From Thermodesulfobacteriota bacterium (GTDB taxonomy: Bacteria > Desulfobacterota_D > UBA1144 > Nemesobacterales > UBA2774): a DNA stretch of 64,000 nt. The notes below the pieces were generated by a model, which was not told where the DNA came from, ran no database searches, and saw nothing but the letters and a program-made list of their open reading frames with translations. The DNA is taken from assembly GCA_965216785.1 (NCBI GenBank), contig OZ244197.1, forward strand, positions 2,848,001 through 2,912,000, written 5' to 3'. The position numbers and the translations under genes were made by a program. Shown here in pieces: positions 10,384-20,689 of the stretch; the first letter of the stretch is position 1; the number at the start of each line of letters is the position of its first letter.

Positions 10384-10486
10384 TTCAGCTATTTAGGTTA
10401 ATGCTATTTTTAAGATTGCCAAATTGACATCGGATTATATCCGCTTTAGCATAATTCGACTCTAAATTACGTTTGCCTCAACAACA

Positions 10487-11371
10487 ATGAACGAAAGCAA
10501 TATATATACAGAATCAGAACATATAGAGAAAACTAAAAACAGAACCCGAAGAGATTGGGTAATATCTATTATATATCTTATAGTTATTGTTGTTTATATT
10601 GCCCTTATATGGGCGCGCCTGGCGGAGCTGCTGCCGGAGCCGTATAACCGCTGGACATTTATATACGAGCCGTTAATCGGCCAGTGGTGGATTGACAACT
10701 TCTTTCTGGATCAGCCCGAATACGTTAGGCTGACGATTCTCTGGTACATAATCTGCTTCATATTCTCGATGGTCTTGCCATTCATATTTTTTAAGCTCAG
10801 AGGACGCAGGCTCACAGACTTTGGTATCGGGATGCTGAATACACTGGGGATACGGCTTACAAGCATTGCCATTATAGTTTCCATTCCGTTCGGGCTCTGG
10901 ATACAGCTCGCCTCGCCCTACCCTCACAGGCTGAGCGTTATGTATATACTGTCGCTCTTTAACAAGGTCCCTGAGCACTTCCTGATATGCGGAATACTGA
11001 CAGCCTTTCTGCTGCCGCTGAGACGGCTGCCCAACCCCGTATACCTGGCTCCAATTGAAGGCTCGCGGGGCAAGAAAGTACTTCGCTGGCTCGGGATATC
11101 GCAGCCGATGACAGTAGATTCTGACAACCGCGCGCTTGCGTGGTTCGGGCTCAACTGGACGTCGCTTTTTGCAATTACCGCATCGGGACTGGCGTTTTTT
11201 ATGATACACATCGGAAGGGAAAACCAGGTTGAAATGTGGCTGTCGCTTCCTGGCGGAATCACAATCGCCTATATTACGCTGAGAACTCACTCTATATGGC
11301 ACGCGATACCGGCGCACTGGACACTTAACCTGGTGCCGATGGGCATCATATACCTTTGGGACAAGTATTAA
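10487..11371 (+). CDS. Membrane protein, CPBP/Abi (CAAX protease)-like with divergent motifs
   Basis: Several TM helices; PEHF (EE motif variant), FFMIH and RTHSIW...AHW. Confidence 0.6.
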   Translation: MNESNIYTESEHIEKTKNRTRRDWVISIIYLIVIVVYIALIWARLAELLPEPYNRWTFIYEPLIGQWWIDNFFLDQPEYVRLTILWYIICFIFSMVLPFIFFKLRGRRLTDFGIGMLNTLGIRLTSIAIIVSIPFGLWIQLASPYPHRLSVMYILSLFNKVPEHFLICGILTAFLLPLRRLPNPVYLAPIEGSRGKKVLRWLGISQPMTVDSDNRALAWFGLNWTSLFAITASGLAFFMIHIGRENQVEMWLSLPGGITIAYITLRTHSIWHAIPAHWTLNLVPMGIIYLWDKY

Positions 11372-11382
11372 TTACTCAAAAA

Positions 11383-12342
11383 TCAGAGATTTTCTGCAAT
11401 CTGAACGACTTCTTCAGCGCAGCCCCAGGAAAGCGTGAACCCGGCGCCTCCGTGGCCGTAATTGTGGATTACGGGGCCTACGCCCGGAATATCTTCTAGC
11501 TCGAGCCTTACCTCTGTCCTGCCCGGCCTGAGGCCTACTAAGTATCCGAGAACCTCGGCGTCACTCAGCTTGGGCTCGAGAATCCTGCATTTGCGCAGGA
11601 TTTCATCAGAAGTTGCGGGGTCTATTTCAAGACTCCAGTCGTTCTCCTCCGCAGTTCCGCCCAGGATGCAGTCGTTATCGCGGGGGACTATGTATGAGAC
11701 AGCAAGCGGCCCGAGCTCGTCATTAACACCCCTGCAGAGTCCCGGGTTAGACGTCCGTACGAGCTGGCCTCTGATCGGAAATGAGTTTTCATCATTGCAA
11801 AGCTGCCGGCTTCCGAGACCGCTGCAATTGATTATTAAATTATTTTCTCCGGAAATTTCACTGATATTGGAAAGTTCGTTTTCGAGTACTTCAATTTCAC
11901 CGCCGGACTCGAGGAAGCGCTTTACGAGATAGCGCATGTATACCGGGGTCTCTATACGCGGCACCTCCGCGACAAAGCCGCATACATAACCCTGGGGCAG
12001 CTCGTCGGCACCTGCGTTCCTGAACGACCTCACGGCACCGCTCCAGAAGGGCTCTTCCATATAGCGGTCGAATATTTTCAAAAGCTCAAAGACCGAGATA
12101 CCTGACTCGGGAACCTCAGTCAGCGAAAGGAATTTCTTATAAGAATAAGAGGCCCAGCCGAGCACTTTATCCTGAGGTGAAACTTTGTACGGGTACCAAT
12201 AGGCCGCGGCTATATTGGACGTCGTATCGGGCGGGAGAGACGTGGCTACAATTTTAACTCTGTAGCCCTCTTCCAAAAACCTTATACCGCAGGTTAGACC
12301 GGAAACTCCGCATCCGATGATTGTTATGCTATTTTCGCTCAA
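11383..12342 (-). CDS. dao: D-amino acid oxidase
   Basis: GCGVSG FAD motif, TTSNIAAAYW, INCSGLG, PIRGQ, GLRPGR and HNYGHGGAG. Confidence 0.9.
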   Translation of the reverse strand: MSENSITIIGCGVSGLTCGIRFLEEGYRVKIVATSLPPDTTSNIAAAYWYPYKVSPQDKVLGWASYSYKKFLSLTEVPESGISVFELLKIFDRYMEEPFWSGAVRSFRNAGADELPQGYVCGFVAEVPRIETPVYMRYLVKRFLESGGEIEVLENELSNISEISGENNLIINCSGLGSRQLCNDENSFPIRGQLVRTSNPGLCRGVNDELGPLAVSYIVPRDNDCILGGTAEENDWSLEIDPATSDEILRKCRILEPKLSDAEVLGYLVGLRPGRTEVRLELEDIPGVGPVIHNYGHGGAGFTLSWGCAEEVVQIAENL

Positions 12343-12343
12343 T

Positions 12344-13141
12344 TCAAGTTTCTCCGCGGGCTTGCTCGACCATTTCTACGGCGGCGTCTCTTGCCTGCTC
12401 TGATGTACTTACTTCCCTCGGGAACCCTACCCTCCTACTGTAGAACTCGCCTTGATGTTTAAACCGGACCTGAAAACCGAGCCTGTCGACCAAGGTCATT
12501 GAAGCCTCATCAGCGTCCATTCCCAAGAACTCCTTTACAATCAGGGCAAGGGCATCGGGGTGGTCTTCATTTACATGCTGTATAATCCCGGAGGCTGAAT
12601 CAGCGAGCGGATCGACATTGGCAGCAGCGTATTCTTCCGCAGTAACCCAGCCCATAGCGCCGAAGCCGCCTACGAAGTATATGTCTGTTATATCCATACG
12701 ATAGAAAGAGAAATCGTCAAAATCAACCCAGTAACTCGCGTTCTTATAGCGCGATAAATAGGGCTCCCTTACGTCTGCAATTTCTTTTTCCGGAACTTTC
12801 GCAACCTTGCCCATGAGCGTGACGCGTGAGGCGTCTAGCGGGTCACCGCCGGAGTCTGTCTGAGACACGAACAGGCTTGCCTTGGGATCTTGAATCAGAT
12901 TATGAGTGTGCGTTGCCATGGTGCTGATGAGAAAAACGGGACGGCCTTTATCGTCAAGTCCGTAAGGCATCAGCGAGCCGAACGGTGAGCCCGGGTGTTT
13001 TTCCGACATAGTGGAAAGAGTTCCGGAGTTAGTTCTATAGACAAGCGTGCGAACCCTTTCAGCGTAGGATGGCTCGGGGAATTGCGGTTCGTTTCTTGAG
13101 GATGTTGTGTAGCCGTGTGATCTTTTAGAGGTTTCTGCCAT
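12344..13141 (-). CDS. HugZ-like heme utilisation protein (PNPOx-like + DUF2470)
   Basis: GTLST, PFGS, S-MATHT-NL, RVTL-G, VGGFG and HVNEDH. Confidence 0.85.
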   Translation of the reverse strand: MAETSKRSHGYTTSSRNEPQFPEPSYAERVRTLVYRTNSGTLSTMSEKHPGSPFGSLMPYGLDDKGRPVFLISTMATHTHNLIQDPKASLFVSQTDSGGDPLDASRVTLMGKVAKVPEKEIADVREPYLSRYKNASYWVDFDDFSFYRMDITDIYFVGGFGAMGWVTAEEYAAANVDPLADSASGIIQHVNEDHPDALALIVKEFLGMDADEASMTLVDRLGFQVRFKHQGEFYSRRVGFPREVSTSEQARDAAVEMVEQARGET

Positions 13142-13205
13142 TTGTTTGCTCCCAGTTTAAAGTTAATCAGGAAAAATAGTGATGACAATATATTTAGGAA
13201 AGAAT

Positions 13206-13538
13206 TTAGGTATTGCGGGGACTTATAAAAACATATACATGATAGAAAAATAAACCCCATAGGAGGCTGTTTATGCCGAGCAGGATGTATCCCCAGGGGC
13301 CTCCGACCGAGGCCAGGGGAAGGACCTCCTGGAAAAAATTGAGCGGGAAAAAGAATATATTAGATATAAATTCGAAAACGCGCTCGATGAATGAAGGGGG
13401 AAGCCCGCTTTCCAGTCTCTGTGTTTTGTAGCTTACCACACGGGACAGTGAAAAAAGAAGCACTATAATCTGCGCAACCGAGAAAATAAGAATTATTAAA
13501 ATGGCTTTTACGCTCTTACCCAGAAGAGTAAATGACAA
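13206..13538 (-). CDS. Hypothetical small membrane protein
   Basis: Two or three hydrophobic segments; TTG start; lies upstream of the hugZ-like gene on the same strand. Confidence 0.5.
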   Translation of the reverse strand: MSFTLLGKSVKAILIILIFSVAQIIVLLFSLSRVVSYKTQRLESGLPPSFIERVFEFISNIFFFPLNFFQEVLPLASVGGPWGYILLGINSLLWGLFFYHVYVFISPRNT

Positions 13539-13648
13539 CTTTTATTACCCCCGATTCAAGATTTAACCACCCTGCTTCCGTTAAAGCTTTAACGCCTATA
13601 TTATGAGCAGAGTTTATATAATCAAACGCATTGTTATAATACATAACC

Positions 13649-14683
13649 ATGGTCAAGTTTATAGACGAAGCGAAGATATACATAAAATCGGGAGACGGAG
13701 GCAGGGGCTGCGTGAGCTTTAGGCGTGAGAAGTACGTACCTCGCGGAGGACCGAACGGAGGGGACGGGGGAAACGGAGGGGACGTGGTGATGATAGCAAA
13801 GCGCAATATGTCTTCACTACTCGATCACCGCTACCAGCAGCACTACCGGGCTAAACGGGGTGAGCACGGAAGGGGTAAGGACCAGCACGGGAAGAACGCT
13901 GAGGACTTAATGATACCGGTGCCGCTTGGCACAATTATAAAAGACCAGGAGACGGGAGAAGTGTTGGGCGACCTGACAAAGGACGGCGAGACTCTGATTG
14001 TCGCCAAAGGAGGAAATGGCGGAAAGGGGAACGCACGTTTTGTGACATCCACAAACCAGGCGCCTAAAACCGCCGAGCCTGGAGGTGAAGGTGAAGAAAA
14101 AACGCTCCTTCTAGAGCTTAAGCTACTCGCGGACGTGGGGATTATAGGTTTTCCTAACGCAGGGAAGTCTACTCTTATTTCCAGAATCTCAGCAGCGCGG
14201 CCTAAGATCGCCGATTACCCTTTTACGACTCTGGTCCCGAACCTTGGGGTCGTGAGCTACGGGGACGGCGCTACATTTGTAGTCGCGGATATTCCGGGAC
14301 TGATCGAAGGGGCGCACGAGGGCGCAGGCCTCGGGATACAATTCTTAAGACACATAGAGCGGACAAAGGTGCTCGTACACATGATTGATCTATCACCTAT
14401 TACCAACCGTGACCCGGTGGAAGATTACGAGACAATGAATAACGAGCTCAAGTCGTACAGCGAGGAGCTTTATGGAAAACCTCAGATTGTGGCTGCCAAT
14501 AAGATAGATATCACCGAGGCTCAAGAGAGACTGAGCGGGCTAAAAGAGTATTGTGAGACAAAAGGGATAGAACTTTTTCCTATATCATCCGCAACCGGCG
14601 AGGGCCTGGATGAGCTCAAATGGGGTATAGTGAAGCTCCTGGAAAACATCCGCACTCAAGGCCCGGCGGAATCAACCCAATAG
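13649..14683 (+). CDS. obgE: GTPase ObgE/CgtA
   Basis: Gly-rich Obg domain FRREKYVPRGGPNGGDGG; GFPNAGKS, YPFTT, DIPG and NKID. Confidence 0.98.
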   Translation: MVKFIDEAKIYIKSGDGGRGCVSFRREKYVPRGGPNGGDGGNGGDVVMIAKRNMSSLLDHRYQQHYRAKRGEHGRGKDQHGKNAEDLMIPVPLGTIIKDQETGEVLGDLTKDGETLIVAKGGNGGKGNARFVTSTNQAPKTAEPGGEGEEKTLLLELKLLADVGIIGFPNAGKSTLISRISAARPKIADYPFTTLVPNLGVVSYGDGATFVVADIPGLIEGAHEGAGLGIQFLRHIERTKVLVHMIDLSPITNRDPVEDYETMNNELKSYSEELYGKPQIVAANKIDITEAQERLSGLKEYCETKGIELFPISSATGEGLDELKWGIVKLLENIRTQGPAESTQ

Positions 14684-14754
14684 CCGCTACATATAGCAAG
14701 TAAACCTATTGATTCGAATTTTAAATTATGTTATTCAGTAAGGGGAGGAATAAC

Positions 14755-16437
14755 ATGAATATAATAAGGGACTATAAGCTATATATTGCATTTCTTCTAA
14801 TCGTTTCTATTTTTACATTCTCTCAAACAAGTAAAGCAGCAGTATTCAACGTAACTAACGCGGCAGAGCTGCGCGCCGCTCTTCTTACCGCGCAATCAAA
14901 CGGGGAGACTGATTTTATCAATCTCGCGGCTGAGGCCTATAACACAGGGGGAGTGCCGTTTACTTACACCGCATCACTATTTGAGAACTTCGGTCTAAAT
15001 ATTTCAGGATCCGGAACAGCTTTCTCATTGTTAGAAGGCTCGACACAAACCGCAGTACTCATTATAGATACAACTGCTGTACTAGGCGACTTCAATGTGA
15101 ATATTAATATAGATTCCCTGAGTATAACGCAAGGCAGCACTGCGGCGTTCTCCGGCTTTGCCGGGGGGCTGACCATACTAAGTGATAACGGGAACGTGAT
15201 GATGGAGGACTGCAACTTCTCGTTCAATACGGGCGGCATGAGCGGGGGAGCTTATATCGACACCCTGGGGCAGGTTTCAATTTCTAACAGCGATTTCTTT
15301 GAAAACACATCTTTAACAAGCAACGGCGGAGGCGCTCTACTTACGGGAAATTTCATACTCCTTACTGATAATTTATTTGAAGAAAATTCCACAAACTCAG
15401 TATTAGCAAGGGGCGGCGGTTTAAGTGCTTCGGCTCTAGCTACAAACGGCGGAGACCCGGCAAACGGCACAATGATACTTAACGGAAATGTCTTTTCTGA
15501 AAACGACAGCGAGGGGCACGGCGGAGCGAGCCTCACGGCTGCTTTCGGGGCCGCTCTTCAGGGAAACGGTTTTGTGGATAATACAGCCGGGGAAGCAGGT
15601 GCCGGAGGACTGTTTATAAACGTAGTTAACACAGACCCCGGTGACACGATGCAAAATACCCTTTTGACGGAGCTCTTCAGTAATTTGTTTCAGGGCAACT
15701 CAAGCACGGGCGGGAACGCTGGAGGCGCCGAGGTAATAGCGGGAATAGATATCATAATGGTTAATAACATATTCCTGCAAAACACTGCCGAGTCCGCGGG
15801 CGGCGCGCTCCTAGACGCTCCCGATATAATAGCTACCAATAACACCTTCACCCTAAATAACGCAAACGGAGAACTCGCCAGCGGCGACGGGGGCGGGATG
15901 CTGCTTTTTGTAACGGATGACACCACAGGAGAGATATACAACAATATTGTTTATGACAACAGCGCAACCGGATTCGGAGCGGATATATTCGTTGACGACG
16001 ATACTGACAACAATCAAATTGGTTCTACTGTGGACCTGATGTTCAATGACTTTTCAGACTTTTTCAGCGTTTGTGAAAATAATCCACCCTGCGTACCCGA
16101 CGTCAACACTATGGGGAATATAGACAGAAACCCGAGGTTTGTTAACGCTCAGCAAGGAGACGTAAACCTTCAGAGAAACTCTCCGGCGAGGCGCGCGGGA
16201 GACGATATGGCCCCTCAACTTCCAAGCTCCGACGCTGTAGGAAACCCACTGGGCGACCCTCCTGACATGGGCGCATTGCAGTTCGTGGGCGGAGGAGGAG
16301 GAGGCAGCGGGAGCTGCTCGCTTGCTTATGAAGATTCGACGAGAAGCGGTTTATTTAATAGCTTAGCACTATTAATTTTACCGCTGGCTTATTTGCTTGT
16401 ACTCGGAATTAGAAGAAAGAGCGCCACGCCGCAATAA
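14755..16437 (+). CDS. Secreted parallel beta-helix surface protein with C-terminal Gly-Cys/TM/basic sorting signal
   Basis: RBS AGGGGAGG before ATG 14755; signal peptide; repeated F-x-x-N...GG(A/G) motifs; choice-of-anchor-Q-like DMGA; ends GGGGGGSGSCSL + hydrophobic helix + RRK. Confidence 0.75.
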   Translation: MNIIRDYKLYIAFLLIVSIFTFSQTSKAAVFNVTNAAELRAALLTAQSNGETDFINLAAEAYNTGGVPFTYTASLFENFGLNISGSGTAFSLLEGSTQTAVLIIDTTAVLGDFNVNINIDSLSITQGSTAAFSGFAGGLTILSDNGNVMMEDCNFSFNTGGMSGGAYIDTLGQVSISNSDFFENTSLTSNGGGALLTGNFILLTDNLFEENSTNSVLARGGGLSASALATNGGDPANGTMILNGNVFSENDSEGHGGASLTAAFGAALQGNGFVDNTAGEAGAGGLFINVVNTDPGDTMQNTLLTELFSNLFQGNSSTGGNAGGAEVIAGIDIIMVNNIFLQNTAESAGGALLDAPDIIATNNTFTLNNANGELASGDGGGMLLFVTDDTTGEIYNNIVYDNSATGFGADIFVDDDTDNNQIGSTVDLMFNDFSDFFSVCENNPPCVPDVNTMGNIDRNPRFVNAQQGDVNLQRNSPARRAGDDMAPQLPSSDAVGNPLGDPPDMGALQFVGGGGGGSGSCSLAYEDSTRSGLFNSLALLILPLAYLLVLGIRRKSATPQ

Positions 16438-16455
16438 CTACTGTCTGATAACATA

Positions 16456-17907
16456 CTAGGGCAGTACTGCTTCTATTACAGCCATCATACCGTTATCTTC
16501 ATGCTCGCCTATGTGGCAGTGATATACGAACTTACCCTCTATAATCGGGTTCCTGAAATCTATCGCAATCTTAACTTCCCCGGGCCCTACTACGCCGGGG
16601 TCCTGACCCATATAGGGTACATTGATCGTATCCTGCAAGCCGTTAAAAGGCTGCTGAACACCGTTGATCTCGCATACCTGAAAGTCTGTCTGGTGGATAT
16701 GAAACACATGAAGCTCTTCTGATATATTCTGCACAGTCCACTCTTCTATACCGCCTATCGTAACGGTAGTATCCACCCTTTCAGGATCGAACTGCCTGTC
16801 GTTAATGAAAAAAGTGTTGCCGTCGGGCGTTTCTGAAAAAACAATTGTTCTCTTATTGTCAGGAACCGCTTCGCATAGGTTCTCAACGGGCGGGAACTGG
16901 TTCTCAGGTATCGGCAGCACAATTGGATTCTCTACGGGCTCACCCTCGACCTTTACAGTGAGGAGAGTCGCGCCTCCGTACATATCACCCGCGGGACCGG
17001 TATTGAATTCCCTTGCCCTAAGCCTGAATGTCCCCCTTCTATCAGCCTGCACGAGAACACCCACACGTGAAGCCGTGGGCATGAGAATTTCGGTTCTTTC
17101 TAAAGTCCTGGTCTGACGAAGTCCATCCCTTTCTATTTGAAAAAAGCTATGACCGTCAAGAACAAGGTCGTAATAGAGATTAGCCCCTATGTTAAAAAAC
17201 TGCCAGTACTGAGTCTCACCGGGCCTCATGGTAATTACGGGGTTTGTCTGCCCGTTTACGGTGAAATTTGTAGGCGCGCTCGGGTCGATATCGGCTTCGG
17301 ACGGAACCATGCCGTCTACGATCTGGATATCCTTTAGGTACATTACCTGCTCGGTAATACCGTCAAGCTGTGGGAATGGCGTCAAATTGTTTCCCACTAT
17401 TATTCCGCCTGAGAGGCCGCTCATAATCTGAAACTGCGTTATTCCGAAAAGATGCGCGTGATAATAGTAAAGGCCTTGAGGGTGGTCGCCCGGTATCTCT
17501 ACTTCGTACTGGAAGCCGCCGTTTTGAGGGATCATGATGAATACGTCGTCCGAGGGAGGAAGCGGGCTTACCTGCATACCGTGGTAGTGAATGTTCGTCA
17601 TCGCTTCAAGGAGATTATTCACATCGAGCAAAATTGTGTCGCCGGGATCGACTCTGAGTGTAGGCGGCGCAAACATACCGTTATACTGAGCGCTCATAAA
17701 TTCCTGGCCGTCAACTTCCCCAGGGAACACATCTACATCGAACGTGAGATCGAGCACTCCGTTCACACTAGTGATTTGAACCGGGTTCTGAAATGGAGGG
17801 CCAAGGGGAGTGCCCCCACCGCCTGAATTACTGCATGTACTGTTTGACAGAAGTGCAATTACAAATATTGAAAGGAATATTGCAAACATTTGGGACAGTT
17901 TAATCAT
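16456..17907 (-). CDS. Exported three-domain multicopper oxidase
   Basis: Cu motifs HYHG, YHAH, HVFHIH and HCHIGEHEDNGM; N-terminal signal. Confidence 0.92.
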   Translation of the reverse strand: MIKLSQMFAIFLSIFVIALLSNSTCSNSGGGGTPLGPPFQNPVQITSVNGVLDLTFDVDVFPGEVDGQEFMSAQYNGMFAPPTLRVDPGDTILLDVNNLLEAMTNIHYHGMQVSPLPPSDDVFIMIPQNGGFQYEVEIPGDHPQGLYYYHAHLFGITQFQIMSGLSGGIIVGNNLTPFPQLDGITEQVMYLKDIQIVDGMVPSEADIDPSAPTNFTVNGQTNPVITMRPGETQYWQFFNIGANLYYDLVLDGHSFFQIERDGLRQTRTLERTEILMPTASRVGVLVQADRRGTFRLRAREFNTGPAGDMYGGATLLTVKVEGEPVENPIVLPIPENQFPPVENLCEAVPDNKRTIVFSETPDGNTFFINDRQFDPERVDTTVTIGGIEEWTVQNISEELHVFHIHQTDFQVCEINGVQQPFNGLQDTINVPYMGQDPGVVGPGEVKIAIDFRNPIIEGKFVYHCHIGEHEDNGMMAVIEAVLP

Positions 17908-17949
17908 GAATACCTCCTCCTATGTATCCTGTCATCCATTATAAAATAA

Positions 17950-18585
17950 TTAACCTCTATCTTGCAATAGTTTTTTAATATCTCTGGCGATGCCATCTGC
18001 ATCGTGCATGTGGTGGGGATAAGTGAGATACAACCTGCCGGTTTTGTCGACCAGGTATATGGTATTGGTGTGTGTCATAAGGTACCTGTCCCAGGTGTCG
18101 TTCCTGCCCAGTCCGTACACAGGCGGATGTTTCACAATGGTGACCCCGTATTCGCGGGCGAGGACATCGATCTCTTCACTAGTACCGGTAAGACCCATAA
18201 AGCTTTCATTGAAATAAGGAACATAAGACTTTAGCCGCTCCTCTGTATCCCTTTGGGGGTCAACAGTAATATAGAGAACTTGTACGTCCTTCGCCTGCTC
18301 CCCTAAATCATCCATTACCGTATTGAGCATACCGAGTGTAAGAGGACATATATCGGGACAGTTAGTGTAGCCCCACGATATGAGCACTATTTTGTCACGG
18401 AATCTGTCGAGCCTGAGTTTATTGCCGTTATGGTCTGTTAGAGAAAACGGCGGAGCCTGGCGGTGGTATATCTTCCCGTGATAGTTGCCTTTATTAACAG
18501 AGTCGTAGTACTCAAACCCGAACAAACCCCATCCGGCGATTACTAGTAAAATCAATATCGATAAAAGAACCTTATCTCTCATCAC
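17950..18585 (-). CDS. SCO1/SenC copper chaperone
   Basis: N-terminal TM anchor; GYTNCPDICP, VDPQRDT and His in THTN. Confidence 0.92.
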   Translation of the reverse strand: MMRDKVLLSILILLVIAGWGLFGFEYYDSVNKGNYHGKIYHRQAPPFSLTDHNGNKLRLDRFRDKIVLISWGYTNCPDICPLTLGMLNTVMDDLGEQAKDVQVLYITVDPQRDTEERLKSYVPYFNESFMGLTGTSEEIDVLAREYGVTIVKHPPVYGLGRNDTWDRYLMTHTNTIYLVDKTGRLYLTYPHHMHDADGIARDIKKLLQDRG

Positions 18586-18705
18586 AATCTCTCGTCAAGA
18601 TTTCTCATAACAAAATACTTTGATAATTATAACTAAGGCAAATAGCAAAGAGGCAATGAACTATATAAAGTTGTGGAAGATAATAACAATATACATTAAA
18701 CTATT

Positions 18706-19131
18706 ATGATGATGAGAACGATTCTAATTGCAGTAATTCTATTGGGTTTTGCTATGCCTGGTATTGCCCAGGATACACCTCAAAAGCCGCTTGATTATTC
18801 GAGTAACCAGGTGCTGCACCCCGAGTGGTTTATAAAAGTTACGAACTGGTCGTTTTTCACCGCTGCCAGGGTAGGAATGCTGAGCTCGGTCGTCATCGAA
18901 AACACCGCGGACATAGCGTATAAGGACATTCAGGTGAGGATATCTATGTATACAACCTCCCCTCCCGCTGTAGGACAGACAATCGCAAACAACACGGCTG
19001 TGCTTCCTATTACGCTGCCACCTAAAAGCAAGGGGAAATACCTAAAAGGCGGTATACCTGTCGGGGGCGGAAGTCAGAGTTACAGGGTAAGCGATATACA
19101 AGTTATATCGGCAACTCCTATTACCAACTAA
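18706..19131 (+). CDS. Hypothetical exported protein
   Basis: Signal peptide ending GIA-Q; beta-rich mature domain. Confidence 0.7.
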   Translation: MMMRTILIAVILLGFAMPGIAQDTPQKPLDYSSNQVLHPEWFIKVTNWSFFTAARVGMLSSVVIENTADIAYKDIQVRISMYTTSPPAVGQTIANNTAVLPITLPPKSKGKYLKGGIPVGGGSQSYRVSDIQVISATPITN

Positions 19132-19159
19132 TAGATTCAGATATCTTGGAGGAATAAAA

Positions 19160-19603
19160 ATGAAAAAGATACTCCTGTTCTCTACCCTATTATTCACTTT
19201 TATTTTTGGCCTGCACTACTTATCCCATGCCGATTATGTAGTACATGAATCCGGGGTGCAGATTCAATACGGTGATCCGGGACCACCGCCTATACCCGAT
19301 ACGCCAGAGGCTCCGGGACCGGGGGAGATTGAAGACCCCGCGCTATCAGGAGAAACAGTATTAGGAGCGCCCGACCCTGCTCTTGGTGACGAGAGCGTTG
19401 TATCGGAGCCTAACCCCGTAGTTGAAGAGGGAGATCCACTTGTTGAACAGACCGAGCCTCTTGTGGAACAGCCCGCCGCATTGGTAGAACAACCGGACGC
19501 TCTGGTAGAGGAGCCTGAAGCACTTGTGCCTCAGGGAGAGCCGATGGCAGAACAACCAGAGCCTCTGGGAGACAGAGAAGCCGAGGGACGCGGTATCAGG
19601 TAG
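19160..19603 (+). CDS. Exported acidic Pro/Glu-rich low-complexity protein
   Basis: GGAGG RBS; signal peptide ending SHA-D; internal repeats. Confidence 0.7.
   Translation: MKKILLFSTLLFTFIFGLHYLSHADYVVHESGVQIQYGDPGPPPIPDTPEAPGPGEIEDPALSGETVLGAPDPALGDESVVSEPNPVVEEGDPLVEQTEPLVEQPAALVEQPDALVEEPEALVPQGEPMAEQPEPLGDREAEGRGIR
19415..19561 (+). repeat. Degenerate 21-nt coding tandem repeat, seven units
   Basis: PVVEEGD PLVEQTE PLVEQPA ALVEQPD ALVEEPE ALVPQGE PMAEQPE. Confidence 0.85.
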
Positions 19604-19670
19604 TAAATACTGAAAAAACAGTTACATTCTCTTAATAAATCTCACATAAGATCAATGGAGGTACAGGCTA

Positions 19671-20018
19671 TTGTTATTCGACAGGAAAATAGAATTCAGT
19701 GACGATAAAAAGGAAGAATGGGAATTAATACGCTCAAAGGTAGGCCAAGGAATTGAGCTGCCGCTGCCGGATTCGGAACGATGGTTCCGCACAACCGTGG
19801 ACGGAGAGCACCTGGTCGTAGAAAGCGCGCAGCACAACGTACGGCCGCTTATGATATACGATCCGATTAAAATTGATTTCGACGAATTCCATATCGTTGC
19901 TACGCATTACAACAGATTTTTGGAGCTTCAGGTACGCACAATGAACGATACACATGAAGTAAAAGACCAGTCGGCGAACCTCAGGTATATCTTCATGATG
20001 ATATATCATCTCTTATAG
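19671..20018 (+). CDS. Hypothetical protein
   Basis: GGAGG RBS before a TTG start; 115 aa. Confidence 0.65.
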   Translation: MLFDRKIEFSDDKKEEWELIRSKVGQGIELPLPDSERWFRTTVDGEHLVVESAQHNVRPLMIYDPIKIDFDEFHIVATHYNRFLELQVRTMNDTHEVKDQSANLRYIFMMIYHLL

Positions 20019-20076
20019 AGCCCTTCTTTACCAGCACACAACCCCAAAAAAGCCGAAACTGAGCAGGGTTGCTTTT

Positions 20077-20586
20077 ATGAAGCCAACAAATTATTACGAG
20101 CTTATGGCTCAGTACAATAAGTGGATGGACTCAAAGCTATATTCCGTTTGCGCAGACATCCCCGACTCTGACCGGAGAAAAGATATGGGCGCTTTCTTTA
20201 AATCCATACACGGCACTCTGAACCATATTTATTACGGTGATATCGCCTGGATCGAGAGGCTAAGGGACCAGAAATTTACACCGAGGGAATTGGGTGTCGA
20301 TCTCTTCAATGATTTTCAAGAGCTAAGGGAAGCACAGGAAAAATTGGACGGCGAGATACTTGAATGGTCACAAACATTATCTGAAGAGTTTTTACAAGAA
20401 CCCTATGATTACGTAAGTAACGTGGATATGAAAACGAGAGTAATGCCGACTTGGGTACTGGCGGTGCACATGTTCAACCATCAGACACACCACAGGGGTC
20501 AGTTGACCACACTCATTAAGCAGCTTGGGTACGAGCCGGGAATTACCGACATACCCTGGCTCCCCAGCCTGGTAGGCTTTGAATGA
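20077..20586 (+). CDS. DinB family protein
   Basis: YNKW, FFKSIHGTLNHI and HMFNHQTHHRGQ. Confidence 0.92.
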   Translation: MKPTNYYELMAQYNKWMDSKLYSVCADIPDSDRRKDMGAFFKSIHGTLNHIYYGDIAWIERLRDQKFTPRELGVDLFNDFQELREAQEKLDGEILEWSQTLSEEFLQEPYDYVSNVDMKTRVMPTWVLAVHMFNHQTHHRGQLTTLIKQLGYEPGITDIPWLPSLVGFE

Positions 20587-20689
20587 GGGAATATACGGTC
20601 TTAATATATCCTTAATGCTGCGTTAACTAATTGAGAATATCTTTTGAATCCGGTAAATACTTGATAAAGTGGTAGGAGGAGAAAGATTT

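Noticed and set aside
10424-10452. TTGACA...TAGCAT promoter with a short internal palindrome CGGAT-N3-ATCCG
   Set aside because: Plausible, but the arms are too short to distinguish from chance
19334-19561. CRISPR array or non-coding VNTR
   Set aside because: Repeats are degenerate, in-frame and have no spacers; no cas genes are present
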